Shown here one piece after another: positions 10,386 through 22,813 of a DNA stretch of 64,000 nt (positions within the stretch are counted from its first letter, which is position 1; every line of letters begins with the position of its first letter). The stretch is from Eledone cirrhosa (Eukaryota). The notes beneath the pieces are model-generated. The model was not told where the DNA came from. It did no database searches and saw nothing but the letters and a program-made list of their open reading frames with translations. Location: contig OZ024741.1 in NCBI GenBank assembly GCA_964016885.1, positions 166,160,001-166,224,000 on the forward strand. The letters are read 5' to 3'. The position numbers were made by a program, and so were the translations under genes.

Positions 10386-10885
10386 ACTAAAGGTGGAAAA
10401 CTGGGAGAGGGCACTTGCCTTGGTGGTCAGGGTCATTGTGGCTTTTTACTGGGCTTTCTCCACAAATGTCCCTCCGAAGTCTCCCCCCTATTGGGGAATT
10501 TTTCATTGTTATTTTCATTGTTATTTTTGTTACTTCCTCTGTTTTTGTTTTTTTTACACGCAGAAATGCCCATTTGTACCGTCCTGCATTGTCCTGCACT
10601 GTCCTTAATGTCTACTTTATGTAAACCCTTGTGGTTAATAAAGAAATCATTATTATTATTATTATTATTATTGAATGCCATGGTTGACGGAGGCTCGGCT
10701 CTGTAAGGTATAGTAATTTTTAACCGTTAAAACAATTGTAAATTGTTTAAAACTTGAACCAAATTGTTGATAAAGACACCCTCCTCCTCGTGAGAGGGGT
10801 CTTTCTGTCCGTTATTTGGCCCTTCGGGGTTAAATAACCAGTTATTGGGGTTTTGTACCCAAAATTTCATTTTAAACAAAAAAAC

Positions 10886-12986
10886 ATGGCTACGAAAAAG
10901 AAATTTCATACGTCACTCCCACTCATTCCGTCTTCTTCTTCCTCAATCATCACTACGGCAGAGAGAAGATTGTCTCTCTCCCTCCCTTCTTTAAATGTGT
11001 CTCTCTCCCTCCCTTCTCTTTCGCAAGCGACGAAAGAAAAGAAAAGTCTCGTGCAAAGCGTGCAAGGTTTCTCCACGACGACGACGACAGCGACGAAACA
11101 GGTGTGCGGGAAATACGAAAACCCAGTTCATTCGTCTGACGTCAGGAATAATAGCAGTAGCAGCCGTAATAACAACAGCAACAGTGACAATGAAAACAAC
11201 AGTAGCAGCCGCAACAGCATCACCAGCAGCATAAACAACAACAGCATTAGCAGCAGCAACACCAACAACAACCACAGCAACAGCGGCGGAGGCAGTAGTC
11301 GTAGTACCTGCAGCAACAACAAAAGTACCAGCAGCTCTGACGACAACAACAACAGCAGAGAAAAACCAATCTCATTTGCAGGTATTGCGAAAAACTTGGA
11401 AACAATCCTCATAACAAATGAGGAATTAGAGGAAGCGAAGAAGATGGTGACAAAGAACGGACACCGAGCAATCTGCAAGGCAGCGAAAAAAAAATTTTTT
11501 CGAAACCCAAGAGCACTGTACGGTCACGTACCGTACAGTAAGTACAAAATCCCGTAGGGTGGAAAGAGCCACAGAGGCCCAAATACAAAAAGCCTTGGGG
11601 TCTGTGTGGCAGAGGAAAACGCACATCACCCGAGGCAAAAAATACGCCACCGTAGACGTACTTTTTGCCACACCCCAGGAGGCAAAGGCCCAATCAGTAG
11701 TGACCCTAAGGAGCGAGGAAATGGTGTTGGTGCCCTCCTACTGCGGGCAAAAAATTGTGAGGGTCAAACTGACCCACGTCCCCCCCGGAATGACCCCTTC
11801 TTGGCTGGCCGCGTCTGTCCTCGTCGGAATCGAGGACAAAACAACTGTACTGCAAGTACAGAAAAAAGTAAGAGAAGATTGGGTCGGCTCCTCCATTGAG
11901 ATGCTAATCCAAACCAACCAGGAGTGCATCGAAGCTATCCCGGATGTGATAGACTTCGATAACGGCACTCAACTGCCCATAAGTGTTGAGGGCAAACGCC
12001 CGAAATGCTTTCGCTGTGGATCGAAGACTCACCTCAGGGCCTTCTGCAACGAGAAGACCCTGAGAAAGGAGAAAACCCCCCTCCTTCCGAATCCGGCTCC
12101 ACGGCTACCAGCAACAGGACAAGCGGCAACCAGGAACGATAGGTCCGTGGCACCCATACCCACTCCACGGAAATCAAAGACAGCAGCAGCAGTGGAAATA
12201 CTAACAACAACAACAGCAATACCAAATGCAGCTGCAACAGAGACTCCAGTGCAAACATCACCAACAACAACAAGTGAAAGAGTGGAGCTGGTACCCCTCC
12301 CCGACCTTACAGAATCAGACATGGAGTGTGAGGTGGGAGAGGGATGGCAAAAGGTCGCAAGAAGGCACAAACGCAGAAGCAGCGCATCGTCGCCTTTGAA
12401 AAGGGAGGAAAGAAATGAGAAAAGGGTAAAGTCTACTGCAAAGAGACCCACAGCAGCAACACCACCAACACCATCACCACCCACACCAGCACCACCATCA
12501 CCACCGGCGACAACCCCACCGCCAACAACACCTTCAACACCACCACCACAAGCACCAACATCGCAAACACAACAACAAAACACACACACCCAGAAACAAC
12601 GACAAGAAAATAGCAGAACCACACCCCACCCCCAGAAAAACAAATGCACGGCAATAAACACACACAACAAGAAACTAATGACTTACATAATTGAACACAC
12701 AGACATTTCACAACAGGACTACATAATACCAGCACCAATCAAAACGCCTACTAACATAAGACTGCTAAAAATAGCACAGAAACAATACACAAACATTAAA
12801 ACGAAATTCCCCAACGCAGTTGGTGATTTCAGGGACCTAGGAGGAACCATCAATCGAAGAGTATATTCAGACATTCTCTTAGAAGAGCCGACGACCAGCC
12901 GAAGGGACGATTCAACGGTCCCTTCACCAGACGATCAAGTGAAAAGGGATGTAAAAACCATCCCTCCTCTACCAAAAGTACGGTAA
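10886..12986 (+). pseudogene. Tx1 ORF1 copy 3, split by a frameshift
   Basis: ORFs 10853-11557 and 11559-12986 together reconstitute ORF1. Confidence 0.85.
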
Positions 12987-13021
12987 GTGGTCTTTCCCAT
13001 CTTTTCCACTCTATTTTAAAC

Positions 13022-16000
13022 ATGACCTCACTCAGAATAGGCAGCATAAATGCGCGTGGCTTGGGGTCGTCATGGAAGCAGGGTCACCTGCTCAACGACC
13101 TCAGGTCACTAAACATAGATGTAGTGGCCATCAGCGAGACCAGAATCTCCGAAGCACGGGCCTTCGCACCGATCTTCGGCGGCTACGATGTGTACGCATC
13201 TCCCAGCCGTCCTGGATCCGGTGGAGGAGTTGCTGTACTTTTTCGGAGAGGTTTGGATCTCGCCATACGGGCCATCTTCCTGGACCCAGAGGGTAAGCTG
13301 GTGGTGCTGGACGTGACCAGCGGAGACGGGCAAGCTTTCAGGCTAGTGGCCGTCTATGCCCCGACAGGAGCAGGGCGGCCTGATTTCTTCCGGCGTCTGG
13401 AGACCTTTCTTGGAACGTCCCGCTCTTTAGTGTTAGTGGGCGACTGGAACGGGATCTTAGATGCACGCTGGGACTGTGTGGGATTAGCGGATAGGGGTGG
13501 AGGGTGCAAGAGCCTCACCAACCTGCTCAGGCGTTTTGAACTGTCTGACAGGTACCGATTGGATTTCCCGAATGTGCCAATGTGGACTTGGACAAACCGC
13601 ATAGGGTCATCCAGATCATATCTAGATAGAGTATTTTGTAGGGAAATAGATAGGTCTAGCATAGGCTGTCCACAATTCAAGATAGTCAGCTACACGGACC
13701 ACAAATTCGTGACCTGTGTGCTTGACTTAGATAGGCTTCATAGACGAGGACCCGGCTACTGGAAGCTAAACGCGTCCTTACCAGCGCGCAAGGCCTACAG
13801 AGACCGGATTAGCGAACTAGTTAAGCGGGCGTTGACGGGGGCCATCGTCAACAACAAGTGGTGGTTTGCTCTGAAAAGAGCGATTAGAATAGAATCGATT
13901 AGGTTTAGTAAGGCTTTAGCAATAGAGAAAAATAGAGCAGAGGGAGAACTAGTTAGAAAATTAGACGAGGCGCTTAGCAAAGGCATTGCGACCGACGTGC
14001 TTGCGGCGAAATTGGCCCTTGACCAATTCTTCAATGCAAAGCACGAAGGCTGCGTTGTCAGAGCTAGGGTGCGTGCTCTCAGACACGAGGGGACGAAAGC
14101 CGTTCAATGGGCCCGAGTGGCGGAGGCGCGTCGTGGCAACAAAGCCACGATCCGGTCTTTGGTGGACCACGACGGGCGCATGCTACTCGATCCCGGGCAA
14201 ATGTGTGAAGCTTTTCAGCGACACTTCGCTCAGCTGTTTGGGGGCAGCGGTGGGCCGGGTAGAGGGATGGACTTTAGTGTCTACCTCGACGGACTGCCGC
14301 GGCTCTCGGCCACTGAGGCGAAGTGTTGCGAAAAGCCGATAACAGCCGCTGAAGTAAGGGAGGCAATGACTGGCTGCACAAGGGGTAAATCGCCTGGTTT
14401 GGATGGTCTGCCCTATGAACTTTACGTACAGATGCCAGACTTGTTCGGAGGCCTCTTGGCGGACGTCTACTGCAACTGGCAACAGAACGGGAGAATTCCC
14501 AGTTCTGTGAGCCGAGGAGCGGTGGCACTGCTGAGAAAGGATCCGAACAAGGGGGATAACATAGAAAATTTCCGGCCCATAACTCTGCTAAACACAGAGT
14601 TTAAGATTTTGGCCAAGGTGCTAGCAAAGAGGTTGGCGCTTGTCGTTGGTGGTCTGGTGGGAGAGGTGCAGACATGCGCCATTCCCGACAGATCCATCCA
14701 CGACAACCTCCACCTCATGCGATACATCGTAGAGAGGGTAGCTAGGGAACCTGGCACGGGTGGGTCCTTGATCAATTTAGATCAGTCGAAAGCTTTCGAT
14801 AGGGTCGACCATCGTTACCTAGCGACAGTCCTGAGGGCGGCTGGCTTTGGGCCCGTCTTCAGAGGCTGGATCGCTGCCATGCACAGTGACATCTGCTCTG
14901 TGGTGAGAGTGAACGGTCACCTGTCGGAACCGTTCAACATCATGCGCTCGGTCCGCCAAGGATGTCCCCTCTCGTCCCTCTTGTACGTATTGACTCTCGA
15001 GCCATTACTGCACAAACTGGAGACGTTGAGGGGGGTCCCGCGCAAACTAGGATGCGGAAGATCCGTGTCAGCATATGCGGACGATGTCACCGTAGTGGTG
15101 TCGAACGCCAAACACATCGAGGCGATCGGCACTACACTAAGAGAATACGAAGCGGTGACAGGAGCAATGATCAACCAGGAAAAGTCAGTGGGCCTGCAGC
15201 TCGGCACCTGGAGAGGCAGGTCCATGCCGTCCAACAGCGTCGTCGGACGCTGGACGGACGGACCGGTTAAATTGCTAGGGGTCTGGTTCGGTCCGGACCT
15301 CCAGACGGACAAAAACTGGGACGAGGTGACGAGCAGGGTGGCTTCTCTCACCCAGAAATGGGCCGAGAGGAAGCTATCCCTGAAAGGTCGAGCGGAGGTG
15401 GCTAACGCGTACATCGCCTCCGTCATCTGCTACCGCCTGACCGTCGTACCTTGTCCTAAGCCTCGCCTGACTGTGCTGGAGCGTTTGCTCTTTCGCTTTT
15501 TGTGGAAGGGACGCGCTCCGATGGTCAGGCGGTCCATCTGTTGTCAACACCCGCTACGTGGAGGGCTGGGCATGCCGTGGCTGATGATGCGCAGGCACGC
15601 GCTCAGGCTACGACATCTCCACCTCTTCCTCGACGGTGATCAGGTGTGGTCGCCGTTTGCTAGACGCGTGTTTCCCCAGCTCGTTTCCTTGACGGAGCTG
15701 CAGTCCTGGGTCAAGCGAAGACCGAGAGGGAGCGCCTGGAGACTGGAATGTCTTCAGGCGCTCACAGCCCTCGACCAATCGGGCAATGTGATCGGTGGAA
15801 ACTCCACCTCGGCGTTCTATAGAGGATTAGTGGAGGGGAAGAGCGACGACGTACTTGGGGAAACTCTAGGCGTCGACGAAAATCAACTAGCCAATCTCTT
15901 CGGAAGAACTTTCGGGCCAGGGCCTATGGACAACTTCCAGAAATCTCTGGCCTGGCAGTGCTACCGAGGAGCCTTGCCAGTTCGGGATAAACTCTACAGG

Positions 16001-16440
16001 CATGGAGGTGCCGTCAGCCGGGCATGTCCGAGATGCGCGCAGGGCGACGAAACCGTCCTGCACGCACTCGTCCAGTGTCCGAAAATTGCTGACTTGTGGG
16101 TTTATGTCGAACACCTGCTGTCGCGTTTAGGACGGATCCGGCTATCATCTGAGTCCATCGTGAGGATTGCCCCGCCCTCCTCCTTTAGCCGGGAAGGGCA
16201 GGCAGTTTTTATCTGCCTGGTGGCCATGGCGAAAGAGATAGTATGGTGGACACGTTTGAAAGGGCTGAAGACGAGCACTTACCTCTTCGGTGATGCTCTG
16301 ATTGACTTTTCCAATTTCATTTGAAAAGGAAAATCAGAGTAGAGAGGGAAGTGCTCTCTTCCCAGCATTTTGTTGAAAGATGGGTGAGAGAAGCAAGAAT
16401 GGCCCGAGTGAATGGGCCTACTCTGAGCATATATCTGTAA
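13022..16440 (+). pseudogene. Tx1 ORF2 copy 3, frameshifted ~40 codons before the end
   Basis: 1100-aa ORF ends at 16324; the normal C-terminus continues in another frame to 16440. Confidence 0.85.
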
Positions 16441-16687
16441 ATTAAAGGTGGAAAACTGGGAGAGGGCACTTGCCTTGGTGGTCAGGGTCATTGTGGCTTT
16501 TTACTGGGCTTTCTCCACAAATGTCCCTCCGAAGTCTCCCCCCTATTGGGGAATTTTTCATTGTTATTTTTGTTACATCCTCTGTTTTTGTTTTTTACAC
16601 GCAGAAATGCCCATTTGTACCGTCCTGCATTGTCCTGCACTGTCCTTAATGTCTACTTTATGTAAACCCTTGTGGTTAATAAAGAAA

Positions 16688-16719
<32 letters not shown>

Positions 16720-16933
16720 GAATGCCATGGTTGACGGAGGCTCGGCTCTGTAAGGTATAGTAATTTTTAACCGTTAAAACAATTGTAAATTGTTTAAAAC
16801 TTGAACCAAATTGTTGATAAAGACACCCTCCTCCTCGTGAGAGGGGTCTTTCTGTCCGTTATTTGGCCCTTCGGGGCTAAATAACCAGTTATTGGGGTTT
16901 TGTACCCAATATTCATTTTAAACAAAAAACAAC

Positions 16934-19031
16934 ATGGCTACGAAAAAGAAATTTCATACGTCACTCCCACTCATTCCGTCTTCTTCTTCCTCAATCATCA
17001 CTACAGCAGAGAGAAGATTGTCTCTCTCCCTCCCTTCTTTAAATGTGTCTCTCTCCCTCCCTTCTCTTTCGCAAGTGACGAAAGAAAAGAAAAGTCTCGT
17101 GCAAAGCGTGCAAGGTTTCTCCACGACGACGACGACAGCGACGAAACAGGTGTGCGGGAAATACGAAAACCCAGTTCATTCGTCTGACGTCAGGAATAAT
17201 AGCAGTAGCAGCCGTAATAACAACTGCAACAGTGACAATGAAAACAACAGTAGCAGCCGCAACAGCATCACCAGCAGCATAAACAACAACAGCATTAGCA
17301 GCAGCAACACCAACAACAACCACAGCAACAGCGGCGGAGGCAGTAGTCGTAGTACCTGCAGCAACAACAAAAGTACCAGCAGCTCTGACGACAACAACAA
17401 CAGCAGAGAAAAACCAATCTCATTTGCAGGTATTGCGAAAAACTTGGAAACAATCCTCATAACAAATGAGGAATTAGAGGAAGCGAAGAAGATGGTGACA
17501 AAGAACGGACACCGAGCAATCTGCAAGGCAGCGAAAAAATTTTTCGAAACCCAAGAGCACTGTACGGTCACGTACCGTACAGTAAGTACAAAATCCCGTA
17601 GGGTGGAAAGAGCCACAGAGGCCCAAATACAAAAAGCCTTGGGGTCTGTGTGGCAGCGGAAAACGCACATCACCCGAGGCAAAAAATATGCCACCGTAGA
17701 CGTACTTTTTGCCACACCCCAGGAGGCAAAGGCCCAATCAGTAGTGACCCTAAGGAGCGAGGAAATGGTGTTGGTGCCCTCCTACTGTGGGCAAAAAATT
17801 GTGAGGGTCAAACTGACCCACGTCCCCCCCCGGAATGACCCCTTCTTGGCTGGCCGCGTCTGTCCTCGTCGGAATCGAGGACAAAACAACTGTACTGCAA
17901 GTACAGAAAAAAGTAAGAGAAGATTGGGTCGGCTCCTCCATTGAGATGCTAATCCAAACCAACCAGGAGTGCATCGAAGCTATCCCGGATGTGATAGACT
18001 TCGATAACGGCACTCAACTGCCCATAAGTGTTGAGGGCAAACGCCCGAAATGCTTTCGCTGTGGATCGAAGACTCACCTCAGGGCCTTCTGCAACGAGAA
18101 GACCCTGAGAAAGGAGAAAACCCCCCTCCTTCCGAATCCGGCTCCACGGCTACCAGCAACAGGACAAGCGGCAACCAGGAACGATAGGCCCGTGGCACCC
18201 ATACCCACTCCACGGAAATCAAAAACAGCAGCAGCAGTGGAAATACTAACAACAACAACAGCAATACCAAATGCAGCTGCAACAGAGACTCCAGTGCAAA
18301 CATCACCAACAACAACAAGTGAAAGAGTGGAGTTGGTACCCCTCCCCGACCTCACAGAATCAGACATGGAGTGTGAGGTGGGAGAGAGATGGCAAAAGGT
18401 CGTAAGAAGGCACAAACGCAGAAGCAGCGCATCGTCGCCTTTGAAAAGGGAGGAAAGAAATGAGAAAAGGGTAAAGTCTACTGCAAAGAGACCCACAGCA
18501 GCAACAACACCAACACCATCACCACCCACACTAGCACCACCATCACCACCGGCGACAACCCCACCGCCAACAACACCTTCAACACCACCACCACAAGCAC
18601 CAACATCGCAAACACAACAACAAAACACACACACCCAGCAACAACGACAAGAAAATAGTAGAACCACACCCCACCCCCAGAAAAACAAATGCACGGCAAT
18701 AAATACACACAACAAGAAACTAATGACTTACATAATTGAACACACAGACATTTCACAACAGGACTACATAATACCAGCACCAATCAAAACGCCAACTAAC
18801 ATAAGACTGCTAAAAATAGCACAGAAACAATACACAAATATTAAAACGAAATTCCCCAACGCAGTTGGTGATTTCAGGGACCTAGGAGGAACCATCAATC
18901 GAAGAGTATACTCAGACATTCTCTTAGAAGAGCCGACGACCAGCCGAAGGGACGATTCAACGGTCCCTTCACCAGACGATCAAGTGAAAAGGGATGTAAA
19001 AACCATCCCTCCTCTACCAAAAGTACGGTAA
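16934..19031 (+). pseudogene. Tx1 ORF1 copy 4, split by a +1 frameshift
   Basis: ORFs 16934-17944 and 17835-19031 together reconstitute ORF1. Confidence 0.85.
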
Positions 19032-19066
19032 GTGGTCTTTCCCATCTTTTCCACTCTATTTTAAAC

Positions 19067-22000
19067 ATGACCTCACTCAGAATAGGCAGCATAAATGCGC
19101 GTGGCTTGGGGTCGTCATGGAAGCAGGGTCACCTGCTCAACGACCTCAGGTCACTAAACATAGATGTAGTGGCCATCAGCGAGACCAGAATCTCCGAAGC
19201 ACGGGCCTTCGCACCGATCTTCGGCGGCTACGATGTGTACGCATCTCCCAGCCGTCCTGGATCGGGTGGAGGAGTTGCTGTACTTTTTCGGAGAGGTTTG
19301 GATCTCGCCATACGGGCCATCTTCCTGGACCCAGAGGGTAAGCTGGTGGTGCTGGACGTGACCAGCGGAGACGGGCAAGCTTTCAGGCTAGTGGCCGTCT
19401 ATGCCCCGACAGGAGCAGGGCGGCCTGATTTCTTCCGGCGTCTGGAGACCTTTCTTGGAACGTCGCGCTCTTTAGTGTTAGTGGGCGACTGGAACGGGAT
19501 CTTAGATGCACGCTGGGACTGTGTGGGATTAGCGGATAGGGGTGGAGGGTGCAAGAGCCTCACCAACCTGCTCAGGCGTTTTGAACTGTCTGACAGGTAC
19601 CGATTGGATTTCCCGAATGTGCCAATGTGGACTTGGACAAACCGCATAGGGTCATCCAGATCATATCTAGATAGAGTATTTTGTAGGGAAATAGATAGGT
19701 CTAGCATAGGCTGTCCACAATTCAAGATAGTCAGCTACACGGACCACAAATTCGTGACCTGTGTGCTTGACTTAGATAGGCTTCATAGACGAGGACCCGG
19801 CTACTGGAAGCTAAACGCGTCCTTACCAGCGCGCAAGGCCTACAGAGACCGGATTAGCGAACTAGTTAAGCGGGCGTTGACGGGGGCCATCGTCAACAAC
19901 AAGTGGTGGTTTGCTCTGAAAAGAGCGATTAGAATAGAATCGATTAGGTTTAGTAAGGCTTTAGCAATAGAGAAAAATAGAGCAGAGGGAGAACTAGTTA
20001 GAAAATTAGACGAGGCGCTTAGCAAAGGCATTGCGACCGACGTGCTTGCGGCGAAATTGGCCCTTGACCAATTCTTCAATGCAAAGCACGAAGGCTGCGT
20101 TGTCAGAGCTAGGGTGCGTGCTCTCAGACACGAGGGGACGAAAGCCGTTCAATGGGCCCGAGTGGCGGAGGCGCGTCGTGGCAACAAAGCCACGATCCGG
20201 TCTTTGGTGGACCACGACGGGCGCATGCTACTCGATCCCGGGCAAATGTGTGAAGCTTTTCAGCGACACTTCGCTCAGCTGTTCGGGGGCAGCGGGGGGC
20301 CGGGTAGAGGGATGGACTTTAGTGTCTACCTCGACGGACTGCCGCGGCTCTCGGCCACTGAGGCGAAGTGTTGCGAAAAGCCGATAACAGCCGCTGAAGT
20401 AAGGGAGGCAATGACTGGCTGCACAAGGGGTAAATCGCCTGGTTTGGATGGTCTGCCCTATGAACTTTACGTACAGATGCCAGACTTGTTCGGAGGCCTC
20501 TTGGCGGACGTCTACTGCAACTGGCAACAGAACGGGAGAATTCCCAGTTCTGTGAGCCGAGGAGCGGTGGCACTGCTGAGAAAGGATCCGAACAAGGGGG
20601 ATAACATAGACAATTTCCGGCCCATAACTCTGCTAAACACAGAGTTTAAGATTTTGGCCAAGGTGCTAGCAAAGAGGTTGGCGCTTGTCGTTGGTGGTCT
20701 GGTGGGAGAGGCGCAGACATGCGCCATTCCCGACAGATCCATCCACGACAACCTCCACCTCATGCGATACATCGTAGAGAGGGTAGCTAGGGAACCTGGC
20801 ACGGGTGGGTCCTTGATCAATTTAGATCAGTCGAAAGCTTTCGATAGGGTCGACCATCGTTACCTAGCGGCAGTCCTGAGGGCGGCTGGCTTTGGGCCCT
20901 TCTTCAGAGGCTGGATCGCTGCCATGCACAGCGACATCTGCTCTGTGGTGAGAGTGAACGGTCACCTGTCGGAACCGTTCAACATCATGCGCTCGGTCCG
21001 CCAAGGATGTCCCCTCTCGTCCCTCTTGTACGTATTGACTCTCGAGCCATTACTGCACAAACTGGAGACGTTGAGGGGAGTCCCGCGCGAACTAGGATGC
21101 GGAAGATCCGTGTCAGCATATGCGGACGATGTCACCGTAGTGGTGTCGAACGCCAAACACATCGAGGCGATCGGCACTACACTAAGAGAATACGAAGCGG
21201 TGACAGGAGCAATGATCAACCAGGAAAAGTCAGTGGGCCTGCAGCTCGGCACCTGGAGAGGCAGGTCCATGCCGTCCAACAGCGTCGTCGGGCGCTGGAC
21301 GGACGGACCGGTTAAATTGCTAGGGGTCTGGTTCGGTCCGGACCTCCAGACGGACAAAAACTGGGACGAGGTGACGAGCAGGGTGGCTTCTCTCACCCAG
21401 AAATGGGCGGAGAGGAAGCTATCCCTGAAAGGTCGAGCGGAGGTGGCTAACGCGTACATCGCGTCTGTCATCTGCTACCGCCTAACCGTCGTACCTTGTC
21501 CTAAGCCTCGCCTGACTGCGCTGGAGCGTTTGCTCTTTCGCTTTTTGTGGAAGGGACGTGCTCCGATGGTCAGGCGGTCCATCTGTTGTCAACACCCGCT
21601 ACGTGGAGGGCTGGGCATGCCGTGGCTGATGATGCGCAGGCACGCGCTCAGGCTACGACATCTCCACCTCTTCCTCGACGGTGATCAGGTGTGGTCGCCG
21701 TTTGCTAGACGCGTTTTTCCCCAGCTCGTTTCCTTGACGGAGCTGCAGTCCTGGGTCAAGCGAAGACCGAGAGGGAGCGCATGGAGACTGGAATGTCTTC
21801 AGGCGCTCACAGCCCTCGACCAATCGGGCAATGTGATCGGTGGAAACTCCACCTCGGCGTTCTATAGAGGATTAGTGGAGGGGAAGAGCGACGACGTACT
21901 TGGGGAAACTCTAGGCGTCGACGAAAATCAACTAGCCAATCTCTTCGGAAGAACTTTCGGGCCGGGGCCTATGGACAACTTCCAGAAATCTCTGGCCTGG

Positions 22001-22486
22001 CAGTGCTACCGAGGAGCCTTGCCAGTTCGGGATAAACTCTACAGGCATGGAGGTGCCGTCAGCCGGGCATGTCCGAGATGCGCGCAGGGCGACGAAACCG
22101 TCCTGCACGCACTCGTCCAGTGTCCGAAAATTGCTGACTTGTGGGTTTATGTCGAACACCTGCTGTCGCGTTTAGGACGGATCCAGCTATCATCTGAGTC
22201 TATCGTGAGGATTGCCCCGCCCTCCTCCTTTAGCCGGGAAGGGCAGGCAGTTTTTATCTGTCTGGTGGCCATGGCGAAAGAGATAGTATGGTGGACACGT
22301 TTGAAAGGGCTGAAGACGAGCACTTACCTCTTCGGTGATGCTCTGATTGACTTTTTCAAATTTCATTTGAAAAGGAAAATCAGAGTAGAGAAGGAAGTGC
22401 TCTCTTCCCAGCATTTTGTTGAAAGATGGGTGAGAGAAGCAAGAATGGCCCGAGTGAATGGGCCGACTCTGAGTATATATCTGTAA
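19067..22486 (+). CDS. Tx1 ORF2 (APE-RT-zinc finger), copy 4
   Basis: Intact 1139-aa ORF. Confidence 0.97.
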   Translation: MTSLRIGSINARGLGSSWKQGHLLNDLRSLNIDVVAISETRISEARAFAPIFGGYDVYASPSRPGSGGGVAVLFRRGLDLAIRAIFLDPEGKLVVLDVTSGDGQAFRLVAVYAPTGAGRPDFFRRLETFLGTSRSLVLVGDWNGILDARWDCVGLADRGGGCKSLTNLLRRFELSDRYRLDFPNVPMWTWTNRIGSSRSYLDRVFCREIDRSSIGCPQFKIVSYTDHKFVTCVLDLDRLHRRGPGYWKLNASLPARKAYRDRISELVKRALTGAIVNNKWWFALKRAIRIESIRFSKALAIEKNRAEGELVRKLDEALSKGIATDVLAAKLALDQFFNAKHEGCVVRARVRALRHEGTKAVQWARVAEARRGNKATIRSLVDHDGRMLLDPGQMCEAFQRHFAQLFGGSGGPGRGMDFSVYLDGLPRLSATEAKCCEKPITAAEVREAMTGCTRGKSPGLDGLPYELYVQMPDLFGGLLADVYCNWQQNGRIPSSVSRGAVALLRKDPNKGDNIDNFRPITLLNTEFKILAKVLAKRLALVVGGLVGEAQTCAIPDRSIHDNLHLMRYIVERVAREPGTGGSLINLDQSKAFDRVDHRYLAAVLRAAGFGPFFRGWIAAMHSDICSVVRVNGHLSEPFNIMRSVRQGCPLSSLLYVLTLEPLLHKLETLRGVPRELGCGRSVSAYADDVTVVVSNAKHIEAIGTTLREYEAVTGAMINQEKSVGLQLGTWRGRSMPSNSVVGRWTDGPVKLLGVWFGPDLQTDKNWDEVTSRVASLTQKWAERKLSLKGRAEVANAYIASVICYRLTVVPCPKPRLTALERLLFRFLWKGRAPMVRRSICCQHPLRGGLGMPWLMMRRHALRLRHLHLFLDGDQVWSPFARRVFPQLVSLTELQSWVKRRPRGSAWRLECLQALTALDQSGNVIGGNSTSAFYRGLVEGKSDDVLGETLGVDENQLANLFGRTFGPGPMDNFQKSLAWQCYRGALPVRDKLYRHGGAVSRACPRCAQGDETVLHALVQCPKIADLWVYVEHLLSRLGRIQLSSESIVRIAPPSSFSREGQAVFICLVAMAKEIVWWTRLKGLKTSTYLFGDALIDFFKFHLKRKIRVEKEVLSSQHFVERWVREARMARVNGPTLSIYL

Positions 22487-22748
22487 ACTAAAGGTGGAAA
22501 ACTGGGAGAGGGCACTTGCCTTGGTGGTCAGGGTCATTGTGGCTTTTTACTGGGCTTTCTCCACAAATGTCCCTCCGAAGTCTCCCCCCTATTGGGGAAT
22601 TTTTCATTGTTATTTTCATTGTTATTTTTGTTACATCCTCTGTTTTTGTTTTTTTTTACACGCAGAAATGCCCATTTGTACCGTCCTGCACTGTCCTTAA
22701 TGTCTACTTTATGTAAACCCTTGTGGTTAATAAAGAAATCATTATTAT

Positions 22749-22813
22749 ACTGGATAATTGCTGGCCTTGTGCCAAAAGTAGAAACAATTATTATTATTAT
22801 TATTATTATTATT
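22749..22813 (+). mobile_element. 38-nt SINE 3'-end fragment plus (ATT)n after copy 4
   Basis: Identical to 4557-4594. Confidence 0.9.

Larger units (their letters stand above)
4619..10672 (+). mobile_element. Tx1-clade retrotransposon copy 2, full length, both ORFs intact
   Basis: Starts GAATGCCATGG right after (ATT)n; 5'UTR, ORF1, ORF2, 3'UTR, (ATT)n tail; 6054 bp. Confidence 0.97.
10673..16719 (+). mobile_element. Tx1-clade retrotransposon copy 3, full length, homopolymer frameshifts in both ORFs
   Basis: Same termini as copy 2. A9T6 at ~11486-11500 replaces an 11-nt A/T run (+4); -1 shift near 16310. Confidence 0.95.
16720..22748 (+). mobile_element. Tx1-clade retrotransposon copy 4, full length
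   Basis: Same termini; ORF2 intact; ORF1 has one extra C in a C run at ~17824-17831. Confidence 0.95.

Noticed and set aside
1-22813. Telomere-maintaining retrotransposon array
   Set aside because: No TTAGGG-type repeats are present and chromosomal position is unknown from this window.
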